64,000 nt of DNA from Deltaproteobacteria bacterium UBA5329. GTDB taxonomy: Bacteria > Desulfobacterota > Syntrophorhabdia > Syntrophorhabdales > Syntrophorhabdaceae. The stretch spans positions 68,332 through 132,331 of the forward strand of contig DHQV01000055.1 of assembly GCA_002408185.1 (NCBI GenBank). The letters are read 5' to 3'. The position numbers and the translations under genes are program-made. Within the stretch, counting starts at the first letter, position 1. The number at the start of each line of letters is the position of its first letter. Under the pieces are notes generated by a model that saw only the letters and a program-made list of their open reading frames with translations, was not told the origin of the DNA and searched no databases. Below are positions 9,550 through 18,034 of the stretch, in pieces.

Positions 9550-10029
9550 ATGCATATTTATTTCGCTCATCCCTGCTTCAATGATTCCCAGGCGCAATTC
9601 AAGAACGAGTTCCTGGAAAAACTGAGGGGAGCGCTCGAGCAGACCGAGTGTGGCAAGGCGGTTGGTATCATAGATCCTTTCCTCGACACCCCGAACATCG
9701 AAGGCAACAGGGAAACGAAGCTGAAGCTCAGCAGGGTTGTCAAAGATACGTGCCTCAGGATGCTCGAAGAGTGCGATATGATCGTTGCCCTCATCGATGA
9801 CGGCGATACCGGGGTGGCTTTCGAGGTGGGTTATGCCGATGCGATAGGGATACCGGTCATTCTGATCTCGAAGTCAGATTGTGCCGGGGCGAATGCAATG
9901 CTGATCGGTGCCGCCAGGGAACGGTTCGACAATGTACTGGATGACGAACAGGTGTCAAAGCTCGCCCGCATGTTTGAATGGTATTGCATCTCGAAGGAGC
10001 GTTTCGGCAATGAACCGGGAAAAAGTTAA
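9550..10029 (+). CDS. Nucleoside 2-deoxyribosyltransferase-like (NDT/Rcl superfamily) protein
   Basis: N-terminal IYFAHPCFN (family consensus IYFAGPLF) and the catalytic-Glu region DDGDTGVAFEVGYADAIGIPVILI. Confidence 0.65.
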   Translation: MHIYFAHPCFNDSQAQFKNEFLEKLRGALEQTECGKAVGIIDPFLDTPNIEGNRETKLKLSRVVKDTCLRMLEECDMIVALIDDGDTGVAFEVGYADAIGIPVILISKSDCAGANAMLIGAARERFDNVLDDEQVSKLARMFEWYCISKERFGNEPGKS

Positions 10030-10447
10030 AACCAGCTTCCGTGATGATGTCGTATATGGATATCGCTGCAGCATGTGTGGTTTTGTCCTCGACGGATCGC
10101 TCGGGGGATATCTTTATGTAAAAAATAATTATGGTGTAAGGGTACCGCTTAAGGACAACAACGAACGGGAGACGGTTGTGCGGCTATTGCTTAGCGAAGA
10201 CGGATTGTTTGATACGGAAAATTCCCACGGTTTTCACGGAATAATCGACATTATGGAAGAGAAAATAGGTTACATGTCGGCCTGTGTTTGTATGAATTGT
10301 CTCGACCAGTTTGGACTGGACCTGAGAAAAGATGCCATTGAATGTCCCCACTGCAAATCGGACCATGTCCGGACTTTTCTGGAAATGACCAATAAAAGAT
10401 GCCCGAAGTGCCAATCAGGGTATATGGATAAAAAGGGTGACCGATAG
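10010..10447 (+). CDS. Zinc-ribbon protein of unknown function (four CxxC pairs)
   Basis: Internal ATG at 10010 (MNREKVKTSF...) overlaps the end of the upstream gene by 20 nt. Cys pairs CSMC, CMNC, CPHC and CPKC. The longer 9908 start would lie almost entirely inside the upstream gene. Confidence 0.55.
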   Translation: MNREKVKTSFRDDVVYGYRCSMCGFVLDGSLGGYLYVKNNYGVRVPLKDNNERETVVRLLLSEDGLFDTENSHGFHGIIDIMEEKIGYMSACVCMNCLDQFGLDLRKDAIECPHCKSDHVRTFLEMTNKRCPKCQSGYMDKKGDR

Positions 10448-10480
10448 CGGGTGGTCGGTAGCCCATCACCTCGTTTTTGC

Positions 10481-10963
10481 CTACTCTACGTAAATGTACT
10501 CTGCAAGCATCCAGTCAGATACCCGCAGGCGATGGCTTACCATCTGCGCCAGTTTTTTGTAGAGAGCGACGCCAAGCCTGGGATTGTCTTTTATTAACCG
10601 GTCAAAATTATCCCTGGTCAAAACGAGTGCGACTGTTTCTTCTATCGCCCGTGCGGTCGCTGAACGGGGCAGGCCGTCGATGATGCTCATTTCGCCCACG
10701 CTCCTTCCCGGCCCGATATCGCCTATGGTTTTGACAGTCTTTCTGGAATCGCCCTTTGTTATTCTGACAAGGCCCTTCGAAATGAAACACATGTAAGGTT
10801 CCCGGGCCCCTTCGTTGAATATTATCTCCTGTGGTTCGGCGGTCGCGACGTAAAGGTATTGTGCGAACTGCTCCATATCCTCACGGCTTAAGCCCTCGCC
10901 CCATTGAGATCTTTCGATCATTGAAATGCGTTCCTGAACGGTCGACAAGATATTATGCAGCAC
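10481..10963 (-). CDS. Stand-alone cyclic-nucleotide-binding domain protein
   Basis: cNMP-binding motifs FNEGAREPYMCFISKGLVRI and GPGRSVGEMSIIDGLPRSATARA. No HTH follows. Confidence 0.75.
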   Translation of the reverse strand: MLHNILSTVQERISMIERSQWGEGLSREDMEQFAQYLYVATAEPQEIIFNEGAREPYMCFISKGLVRITKGDSRKTVKTIGDIGPGRSVGEMSIIDGLPRSATARAIEETVALVLTRDNFDRLIKDNPRLGVALYKKLAQMVSHRLRVSDWMLAEYIYVE

Positions 10964-11007
10964 GCATTTTCCTTTGCCTCAACGATTGGTCACCCTCTCA
11001 TTATATA

Positions 11008-12438
11008 CTATGATTGTGTCTTATTTTGCAATCTTTTCACTGCTACATTTGCAGCGACCAGTATCGGGTCCCACACTGTAGCGAAAGGCGGTGCATAGGC
11101 CAGGTCCAGGCGGGCAATATCGGAAACCGTCATTTTATTATAGAGTGCCGTTGCAAGAGTGTCGATCCTGTGGGCGACACCCTCGGCACCCGCCATCTGA
11201 GCGCCAAGAAGACGTCCCGATCCCTTTTCAACAATGTAGGTCACGGTGATCTGCTTCCCTTCCGGGTATGCGTTGCTTCGAGACCTGCCTTTAATGGTTG
11301 ACACAAAATGATCAAGGTTCTCCCGCGACGCTTCGAGCGGAGAGATGCCGGTCCGGGCCACTTCCAGATCGAAGATCTTTGTTACCGCAGTCCCCGCAAC
11401 ACCCTCAAAGGGTTTCATCATTCCCGCGGCATTTTCTCCGGCAATTCGTCCCTGCTTGTTCGCGGTGGTCCCGAGAGGAATGTAAACCTTTTTCCCCGTG
11501 ACGATATGTTTTGCTTCGGCACAGTCACCGGCTGCAAAAATATCGGGAATGCTGGTCTGGAGATAGTCGTCGACCTTTATCGCTCCGCCGGCGCCAAGTT
11601 CGATTTTTGTGTCCACTGCGAGAGACGTGTTCGGCCGTGCTCCGATGCCGAGCAGGACAATATCGGCCGCAAAGACACCTTTGTCGGTCTTGACCCGCGC
11701 AACTTTGCCATTGTCAGCCTCGAATGCCTCGACGGAACACTCTTTATTGAGTCTCACGCCTTCTGCCTTCAATTGTTCTTCGATGACATCGGTAATGGTG
11801 GTGTCCATTGTTCCGAGGACCCTGTCCATTTTTTCAAATACGGTAACTTCAAGGCCTCTTTTTCTAAAGGCTTCGCACATCTCCATTCCGATCGATCCAC
11901 CGCCTATTATTGCTGCCTCCATAGGCCGTCTTTGGACCCCGAAAGGGTTTTCGTAGGTGCAATGGGCGCCAATGCACGGCTCGAAAGACATCCAGTGGTT
12001 AACGAATTTTTTTATCTTCGCGCCGTCATGAAGATTGCGCAGGGTGAAGACATGCTCCAGGTCTATCCCGGGAAAAGGCGGACGGATGGGCAATCCCCCT
12101 GTTGCGAGAACGAGCTTGTCGTAATCGATGACCTTCTTTTCATGAGTACCGAGAGCGATAACCGTGACTGTCCTGCCGGCCGGGTCGATCGATATCGCCT
12201 CATGCCGCGTAAGAACCTTAATGCCTCTTTCCTTCGCGGCGATCTCCGGGGTAAGTGACAACAGTGAGTTGATATCCTTTATTACGTCCGATATGTAGTA
12301 GGGAAGGCTGCAGGCGCCATACGAAATGAAATGGTCCCTTTCTATTACGACAGCCTCAGCTTCAGGCTTCAGCCGCTTGAAACTGCTCGCTGCGCTCATT
12401 CCCGCCGCAACCCCTCCGATCACTACAAGACGCTCCAT
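11008..12438 (-). CDS. FAD-dependent pyridine nucleotide-disulfide oxidoreductase (CoA-disulfide reductase / NADH oxidase-like)
   Basis: GGVAAGMSAA dinucleotide fold, redox Cys in SYGACSLPY, second GGGSIGMEMCE fold, GDCA motif. ATG at 12438 has GGAGG 6 nt upstream. The ORF-track start at 12453 is a TTG. Confidence 0.8.
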   Translation of the reverse strand: MERLVVIGGVAAGMSAASSFKRLKPEAEAVVIERDHFISYGACSLPYYISDVIKDINSLLSLTPEIAAKERGIKVLTRHEAISIDPAGRTVTVIALGTHEKKVIDYDKLVLATGGLPIRPPFPGIDLEHVFTLRNLHDGAKIKKFVNHWMSFEPCIGAHCTYENPFGVQRRPMEAAIIGGGSIGMEMCEAFRKRGLEVTVFEKMDRVLGTMDTTITDVIEEQLKAEGVRLNKECSVEAFEADNGKVARVKTDKGVFAADIVLLGIGARPNTSLAVDTKIELGAGGAIKVDDYLQTSIPDIFAAGDCAEAKHIVTGKKVYIPLGTTANKQGRIAGENAAGMMKPFEGVAGTAVTKIFDLEVARTGISPLEASRENLDHFVSTIKGRSRSNAYPEGKQITVTYIVEKGSGRLLGAQMAGAEGVAHRIDTLATALYNKMTVSDIARLDLAYAPPFATVWDPILVAANVAVKRLQNKTQS

Positions 12439-12459
12439 ATTAGCCTCCGGCAAAAGAAT

Positions 12460-12491
12460 GGTTCTAGGCTTTGCGTTCCAGGTTAAAAAAT
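12460..12491 (-). repeat. Copy A of a 32-nt intergenic element (GGTTCTA-N10-TCCAGGTTAAAAAAT on the + strand)
   Basis: 26/32 identical to 41846-41877, including a 15-nt identical block. Same position and orientation just upstream of a minus-strand start codon. Confidence 0.6.
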
Positions 12492-12562
12492 ATAAAAAAA
12501 CCTCGTTTCACCGATATTCTCCAAGTATTTAATAACCTAGAACCTGGAATCCGGAACCGCTT

Positions 12563-13090
12563 TTAAAGTCCCTTCTTCTCGAAAAACCAGAACATCAACA
12601 ATCCCAGGACCACCATTGCTGCGATCACTATCCAGTGGTTTATTCCCAGCACCTGGGGTAGAGTGATCTTGCCAAGGTTTCCCCATGTCAGGACGGTTTT
12701 TTTCATCAAGGGATAAAGCTCGGCAAAGAGGGCTGCCCCTCCCAGCATTCCGAGAATTCCCCATGCGGCATCGTAGCGTCCTTCGCCGAGTGCCCCAAGG
12801 GAAGTGCCCGGGCAATAACCGAACAACGCCCAACCTATCCCGAATATCAGGCCGCCCAGTATGTTCCCCCCGAGAGAGGTTGTCTTTATGGAGAGCTTTA
12901 CGAGCCCCAGGTCCTTGAGAAGGTAAACCCCGACCATCGCGACAAGGATAGTGGTAAACATATATTTCACTATTGTCATGTCGAGAAGCCTTAAAGCACC
13001 CAACTGTTTATCGTAGCGAATGACCCGGGCCTTTTGGAGCAGGAAGCCGAAAATAATGCCGGTTATCAATCCATAGGTCAGGTCGATCAT
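12563..13090 (-). CDS. YeeE/YedE family sulfur/selenium transport protein, second half
   Basis: Starts at MIDLTYGLITGIIFGFLLQKA. Family motif GYCPGTSLGALGEGR. ATG 13088-13090 overlaps the upstream stop as ATGA. The 217-aa track ORF adds a non-homologous N-terminal extension. Confidence 0.8.
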   Translation of the reverse strand: MIDLTYGLITGIIFGFLLQKARVIRYDKQLGALRLLDMTIVKYMFTTILVAMVGVYLLKDLGLVKLSIKTTSLGGNILGGLIFGIGWALFGYCPGTSLGALGEGRYDAAWGILGMLGGAALFAELYPLMKKTVLTWGNLGKITLPQVLGINHWIVIAAMVVLGLLMFWFFEKKGL

Positions 13091-13614
13091 TTTCCGGTAC
13101 CTCCCCGGTAAATAAGATTGGCGACAATAAGGCCTCCAACGAAAAAGCAGATAAGGGAAATATAACCGCTTACAGCCAGCTGAAGCGAACCGCTCAGCCC
13201 ATGACCGCTCGGTCACCCGTCGGCCAGGCGGGCCCCGAACATGGCTACGGCCCCGCCGAAAAACGCGACAATGCCACGTTTAAGCCTGCCCGGTCCGAAC
13301 CTTTGTTCCCACATTGTCGGAACTGCCTGCCAGCGAAAAGAGCGCGATGTCGATGATGCGATGAGCGAGCCGAAGAAAATACCGACGACGAACATCCATT
13401 GCCAGTCGATCTTCGGGAGCTCTTTGATGAAATATTCCATCCGGGCGACCCGTTCCGCCGAAAATGCAGATTCCACAAACCCCGCGCTTCTGACAAATGT
13501 GGTCGACGCCCCGAAATATTTTCCTGCGGCCCATACGGAAAGAACAAGGAGAAGGCCTGTGAGGGCGCCGGCGATATAGGGATTCCAACCCTTCGGTTCG
13601 TGACGGTCATTCAT
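13087..13614 (-). CDS. YeeE/YedE family protein, first half, with in-frame UGA (candidate selenocysteine) at 13213-13215
   Basis: AAAGGAGG RBS precedes ATG 13614. The ORF reads ...GARLADG-UGA-PSGHGLSGSLQLAVSGYISLICFFVGGLIVANLIYRGGTGK and stops at 13087-13089. The UGA falls where the family has the conserved Cys of G-C-x-S-G-H-G. Confidence 0.6.
13179..13215 (-). promoter_or_regulatory. UGA codon plus SECIS-like hairpin
   Basis: mRNA reads UGA-CCGAGCGGUCAUGG-GCUGAGCG-GUU-CGCU(U)CAGC. This is an 8-bp stem with one bulged U and GGUU at the apex, beginning 14 nt after the UGA. Confidence 0.5.
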
Positions 13615-13875
13615 GGACGCCTCCTTTGAGTGATTATCTGTCTGAAGTACCATTACGCACTATACTTACAGGTTATGCACTATAATTATAAGTTCACCGC
13701 GCTGTTTCAGGCAAGGGATTTCAGGTCTTCCCGGGATATACCCGCAAAAATGAGGCCCGTTTCAGCATATTTCTCACGGGGTTACAAATGAATTGCCTTA
13801 CTGTGCGCAGGCTTTCAATAACACCACTTTTCTGGTATACTGTAACGCTCGTAAAGGAAGCGAAGCAGTATTAAA

Positions 13876-16755
13876 ATGGATAGTATATTCGTAAAAGGTG
13901 CAAAAGAGCACAACCTCAAGAACATCGATGTAACAATTCCGCGAAACAAAATGGTCATTATCACGGGGCCGAGCGGTTCAGGTAAATCTACCCTTGCCTT
14001 TGATACGATATATGCAGAAGGCCAGAGAAGATACGTTGAATCGCTTTCATCGTACGCCAGGCAATTCCTCGAACTTATGGAAAAGCCCGATGTAGAATAC
14101 ATCGAAGGCCTGTCTCCCGCCATCAGCATCGAACAGAAGAGCATCAGCAAGAACCCGCGCAGTACGGTCGGCACGGTGACGGAGATCTATGATTACCTGC
14201 GCCTTCTTTTCGCCCGCGTGGGCCATGTATTTTGCTACGGCTGCGGCAAGGAGATAAAAAGCCAGCATGCCCCCCAGATCGTGGACGCTATTTCTGCAAT
14301 TGGCAAAGGGGTGAGCCTCACGATCCTCGCGCCGATCGTTCGCGCCAGGAAGGGTGAGTACCGCAAAGAGCTGGATGAACTACGCCAGCATGGTTTTACA
14401 AAGGTTAAGATAGACGGGAAGATCATCGACCTCTCCGAGGACATCGAACTCGACAAGAACAAGAAACACGAAATAGACGTTATTATCGACCGGATCACGA
14501 TCAGGGATGGCATTGAACGCAGGCTTTTCGAAGCCGTCGAGCTTGCCCTTGGCAGGGCAGGGGGCCTCGTAAAGGTCGAGAGCGAAAAGGAAACGCGTTT
14601 ATTCAGTGAAAAATTTGCCTGTCCGGAATGCGGCATAAGCTATCCCGAGATCGCACCGCGTATGTTCTCCTTCAATAATCCGTACGGGGCATGCCCGGCA
14701 TGTACGGGACTCGGTGTAAAAGAGTATTTCGACCCGGCCCTGATCGTGCCGAATCATGACCTGTCCTTACGGGATGGTGCCGTCATCCCGTGGGCTGAAA
14801 AGAATCCGGTTCATTTTCTGCCTTTTCTCGAGGCCCTTGTAAAGCATTACAGGATCGACATCAGGAAACCCTTCCGGGACCTCCCGAAAAACGTTCAGGA
14901 TGCCATACTTTACGGCTCGAAGGGCGAAAATATAGAGTTCTTTGACGATTTTCACGGTCGGCGCATGTTCAGCCAGAAGCCTTTCGAGGGCGTGATCGGG
15001 CAGTTACGCAGGGATTGGGAGAGTGCCGATCTTTACGAACGCGATAAACTCGAAAGGTTCATCAACCTCATTCCCTGTCCGGAATGCGGCGGCGCCCGGC
15101 TCAGGAAGGAAATGCTCTGGGTCAAGGTAGGCGGTCTTAACATATTCGAAATATCGCGGATGACGATCGAGGAGTGTGCCGGTTTCTTCGGTAAAATAGA
15201 ACTTTCCGAGAAAGAAGAGGAGATTGCCCGGGCCATCCTGAAAGAGGTCACGGCACGGCTGAGATTTCTGCTCGATGTCGGCCTCGATTATATAAGCCTC
15301 AGCAGGAATTCAGCCACCCTTTCCTCCGGCGAATCGCAGCGCATCCGGCTTGCTACCCAGATAGGGTCCGGCCTGACGGGGGTACTCTACGTCCTCGATG
15401 AGCCAAGCATCGGCCTTCACCAGAGAGATAATGACCGGCTCCTCAAAACATTGAGGCGCCTCCGCGACCTTGACAATACCGTTATTGTCGTGGAGCATGA
15501 TTATGATGCCATTGTCTCATCCGATTATGTCGTCGACCTCGGTCCGGGTGCAGGAGAGAGAGGCGGACACATCGTCTTTCAGGGGACCCCTGCCGAACTC
15601 AAAGCCCATCCCGATTCGGTTACAGGCCTTTACGTGTCCGGCAGGCTTGCCATACAACGCCCTGTCCAAAGAAGGCAGCCCAAGGGGTTTCTCACAATAA
15701 AGGGTGCAAGGGCGAACAACCTTAAAGACATTGACGTGGCGATCCCGCTTGGTGTGTTTACGTCTGTGACCGGCGTTTCCGGATCGGGGAAAAGCACCCT
15801 GATCGTCGATACGCTGTATCCTGCTTTGAAGCAAAAGCTGTACAGATCGAAGGAGCGGGTCGGGGAATCGGACGGCATCCAGGGATTCGAGGCGATAGAC
15901 AGGGTCATCGACATCGACCAGTCCCCGATCGGAAGGACGCCTCGGTCGAATCCGGCCACGTATACGGGGCTGTTCACCCATATCCGGGAACTTTTTGCGC
16001 GTCTGCCGGAATCCAGGATGCGGGGTTACCGGGAGGGGCGCTTCAGCTTCAACGTGAAAGGCGGCCGGTGTGAGACATGCGCCGGCGAGGGTTTTGTCAA
16101 GATCGAGATGCAATTCCTGCCGGATGTCTATATCGTCTGCGAGGCATGCAAGGGAAAACGGTACAACAGGGATACGCTCGAGGTGCTTTATCGGGGAAAG
16201 AGCATTGCGGACATCCTCGAAATGACCGTTACCCAGGCCATGGAATTCTTCGAGGCCCATCCTCACATTCGAGGCAAGCTCAAAGTTCTCTTCGATGTCG
16301 GCCTTGGTTATATCCGGCTTGGCCAGGCGGCCACCACGCTCTCCGGCGGCGAGGCGCAGCGCATCAAGCTGTCACGGGAGCTGTCCAAAAGAGATACTGG
16401 AAAGACCTTATATATCCTTGATGAACCGACGACCGGTCTGCACTTTGTGGACATCGAAAAACTTCTTCGCGTCCTGAACGAACTTGTCGAGCGCGGTAAT
16501 TCCGTGGTAGTCATCGAGCATAACCTCGATGTGATAAAAAGCGCGGATTACATAATAGATCTTGGCCCCGAAGGAGGCGACCGTGGTGGGACGATCATTG
16601 CCGAGGGCAGTCCCGAAGCGATAATAGCGGTCGAAAACAGTTATACCGGGACCTTCTTGAAGAAATACCTGGAAGAGAGCGCACCTGAGACAGCGGAAGA
16701 CGTTCCTGTCGCGTCGCGTCCGCCGGGCAAGGAAATAAGACCCGGGTACCTGTAA
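13876..16755 (+). CDS. uvrA: Excinuclease ABC subunit A
   Basis: 959 aa. GPSGSGKSTLAFDTIYAEGQRRYVESLS, two ABC modules (LSGGESQR, LSGGEAQR), zinc-finger Cys clusters. Confidence 0.97.
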   Translation: MDSIFVKGAKEHNLKNIDVTIPRNKMVIITGPSGSGKSTLAFDTIYAEGQRRYVESLSSYARQFLELMEKPDVEYIEGLSPAISIEQKSISKNPRSTVGTVTEIYDYLRLLFARVGHVFCYGCGKEIKSQHAPQIVDAISAIGKGVSLTILAPIVRARKGEYRKELDELRQHGFTKVKIDGKIIDLSEDIELDKNKKHEIDVIIDRITIRDGIERRLFEAVELALGRAGGLVKVESEKETRLFSEKFACPECGISYPEIAPRMFSFNNPYGACPACTGLGVKEYFDPALIVPNHDLSLRDGAVIPWAEKNPVHFLPFLEALVKHYRIDIRKPFRDLPKNVQDAILYGSKGENIEFFDDFHGRRMFSQKPFEGVIGQLRRDWESADLYERDKLERFINLIPCPECGGARLRKEMLWVKVGGLNIFEISRMTIEECAGFFGKIELSEKEEEIARAILKEVTARLRFLLDVGLDYISLSRNSATLSSGESQRIRLATQIGSGLTGVLYVLDEPSIGLHQRDNDRLLKTLRRLRDLDNTVIVVEHDYDAIVSSDYVVDLGPGAGERGGHIVFQGTPAELKAHPDSVTGLYVSGRLAIQRPVQRRQPKGFLTIKGARANNLKDIDVAIPLGVFTSVTGVSGSGKSTLIVDTLYPALKQKLYRSKERVGESDGIQGFEAIDRVIDIDQSPIGRTPRSNPATYTGLFTHIRELFARLPESRMRGYREGRFSFNVKGGRCETCAGEGFVKIEMQFLPDVYIVCEACKGKRYNRDTLEVLYRGKSIADILEMTVTQAMEFFEAHPHIRGKLKVLFDVGLGYIRLGQAATTLSGGEAQRIKLSRELSKRDTGKTLYILDEPTTGLHFVDIEKLLRVLNELVERGNSVVVIEHNLDVIKSADYIIDLGPEGGDRGGTIIAEGSPEAIIAVENSYTGTFLKKYLEESAPETAEDVPVASRPPGKEIRPGYL

Positions 16756-16776
16756 AGCTCAGGAGTTCCCACCCAC

Positions 16777-16802
16777 CATCATTCCGGCAAGCCGGGATGA
16801 CG
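16777..16802 (+). repeat. GC-rich REP-like palindrome (CATCATTCCGG-CAAG-CCGGGATGACG)
   Basis: Hairpin about 20 nt after the uvrA stop. Related to the elements at 25556-25585 and 40627-40664 (shared GTCATCCCGGC / GCCGGGATGAC core). Confidence 0.5.
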
Positions 16803-16840
16803 ATAGGAGCAAAAGATCTCGCATTATTTTGTCCCGATGA

Positions 16841-17347
16841 TCATGTCTTCCGGATACCCTCAAGAAACAGGAGCCTTTTCTTTATCTTTTCCCCGAGTGA
16901 AAATCCCCCCAGTGAACCATCACGCCTGATCACCCGGTGGCAAGGGATTATTATGGGGATCGGGTTGCGGCTCACCGCCTGCCCGACGGCCCTGGAGCCC
17001 TTAGGGCACCCGGTCAGTGCGGCTATTTCGGAATAGCTCTTTGTTTCCCCGTATGGTATACGTCGGAGCTCCTCAAGGACTTTTTGTGTAAATTCGGGAA
17101 GGTCCGATATGTCGATCTCGATATCGAAATCAACAGGCTGTCCTTTCAGATAGCGGTGCAGGAGTGTCCGGACCGTCTTAAATGAGTGTTCCGACTCCAC
17201 GGCGTTCGGAAAACGCTTCATTATTTCCCTGTGTTCCTGGTACATGTCATTTTCCGAAAGGTCCAGGCTGATGATACGACCGTCTTTTTTGACAACAGAT
17301 ATGGTACCGAACCATGATTCAAAGATCGCAAATTCTATAATGGGCAA
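16841..17347 (-). CDS. ogt: Methylated-DNA--protein-cysteine methyltransferase
   Basis: Active-site IPCHRVI and a C-terminal DNA-binding domain (YSEIAALTGCPKGSRAVGQA). Confidence 0.9.
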   Translation of the reverse strand: MPIIEFAIFESWFGTISVVKKDGRIISLDLSENDMYQEHREIMKRFPNAVESEHSFKTVRTLLHRYLKGQPVDFDIEIDISDLPEFTQKVLEELRRIPYGETKSYSEIAALTGCPKGSRAVGQAVSRNPIPIIIPCHRVIRRDGSLGGFSLGEKIKKRLLFLEGIRKT

Positions 17348-17421
17348 AGCGACACTCCTCCGGTCCTTTGCGGGACTCTTAACAACTTAAGAGCAAACGG
17401 AAGATCATTTCGTTTCGGTCC

Positions 17422-17889
17422 TCAACCCCCATCTGTCTGGACAAAGGCGGCGTTCGTATAGAAGTATTCCATTTTCTCCTTATGCTTGAGCTCTTCTTCG
17501 GCCATTTTCAGGAGAACATTTTTTGCTTCTCCGTCGGGATGGATCCCCGCAAGGGACAGATAGAACTCGTGGGCATTTTTTTCGCGGTGGGCCGCTATGA
17601 GATATACGTCTTTCTGCTCCATGCCCGGCTTGGGCTCGGGAGCCTCGAGATGTTCCGCGATCTTATAATCGACCACCGCTGTCCCCGGTCGCATATCGGC
17701 ACCGACACCTTTATCACGGTACCCGATCAGGAATTCCTTATGTTTTTTCTCTTCGCCTGCAATATATTCCAGGGCATCCCTGGTCTGCTTATCTGCCACT
17801 ATCTTTGTGAGGTCCATGTAAAAGTTGAACGCCTCTTCTTCTTTTGTTATTGCAAGGTCAAGAATTGCTCCCAGATCTGTTGTTCCCAT
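17422..17889 (-). CDS. Rubrerythrin/ferritin-like diiron protein without a rubredoxin domain
   Basis: Two ExxH helices (EEKKHKEFL, EELKHKEKM). 155 aa. Confidence 0.65.
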   Translation of the reverse strand: MGTTDLGAILDLAITKEEEAFNFYMDLTKIVADKQTRDALEYIAGEEKKHKEFLIGYRDKGVGADMRPGTAVVDYKIAEHLEAPEPKPGMEQKDVYLIAAHREKNAHEFYLSLAGIHPDGEAKNVLLKMAEEELKHKEKMEYFYTNAAFVQTDGG

Positions 17890-18034
17890 AGACAGCCTCC
17901 TTTTTTGTAGTAATTATAGCATTACACATTCACTTATGTCATGCAAGGGCAGATAATGAGCGGAAAATGGCCATGAGGAGATCGACCGAATTGACAATCG
18001 CGGCTCTTAAGCTCTACAATAAACGAGCTGAAAT

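Noticed and set aside
12460-12491. Reading the shared element (gene orientation ATTTTTTAACCTGGAAC...TAGAACC) as a sigma-54 promoter.
   Set aside because: TGGAAC is -24-like, but the -12 GC dinucleotide is misplaced in copy A and absent in copy B. I therefore report it only as an unassigned motif.
13091-13216. The N-terminal extension of ORF 12563-13216 (MTERSWAERFASAGCKRLYF...).
   Set aside because: This stretch is better explained as the read-through continuation of the upstream YeeE/YedE half in another frame, which reproduces the family motif PSGHGLSG. The second half starts at the ATG at 13090.
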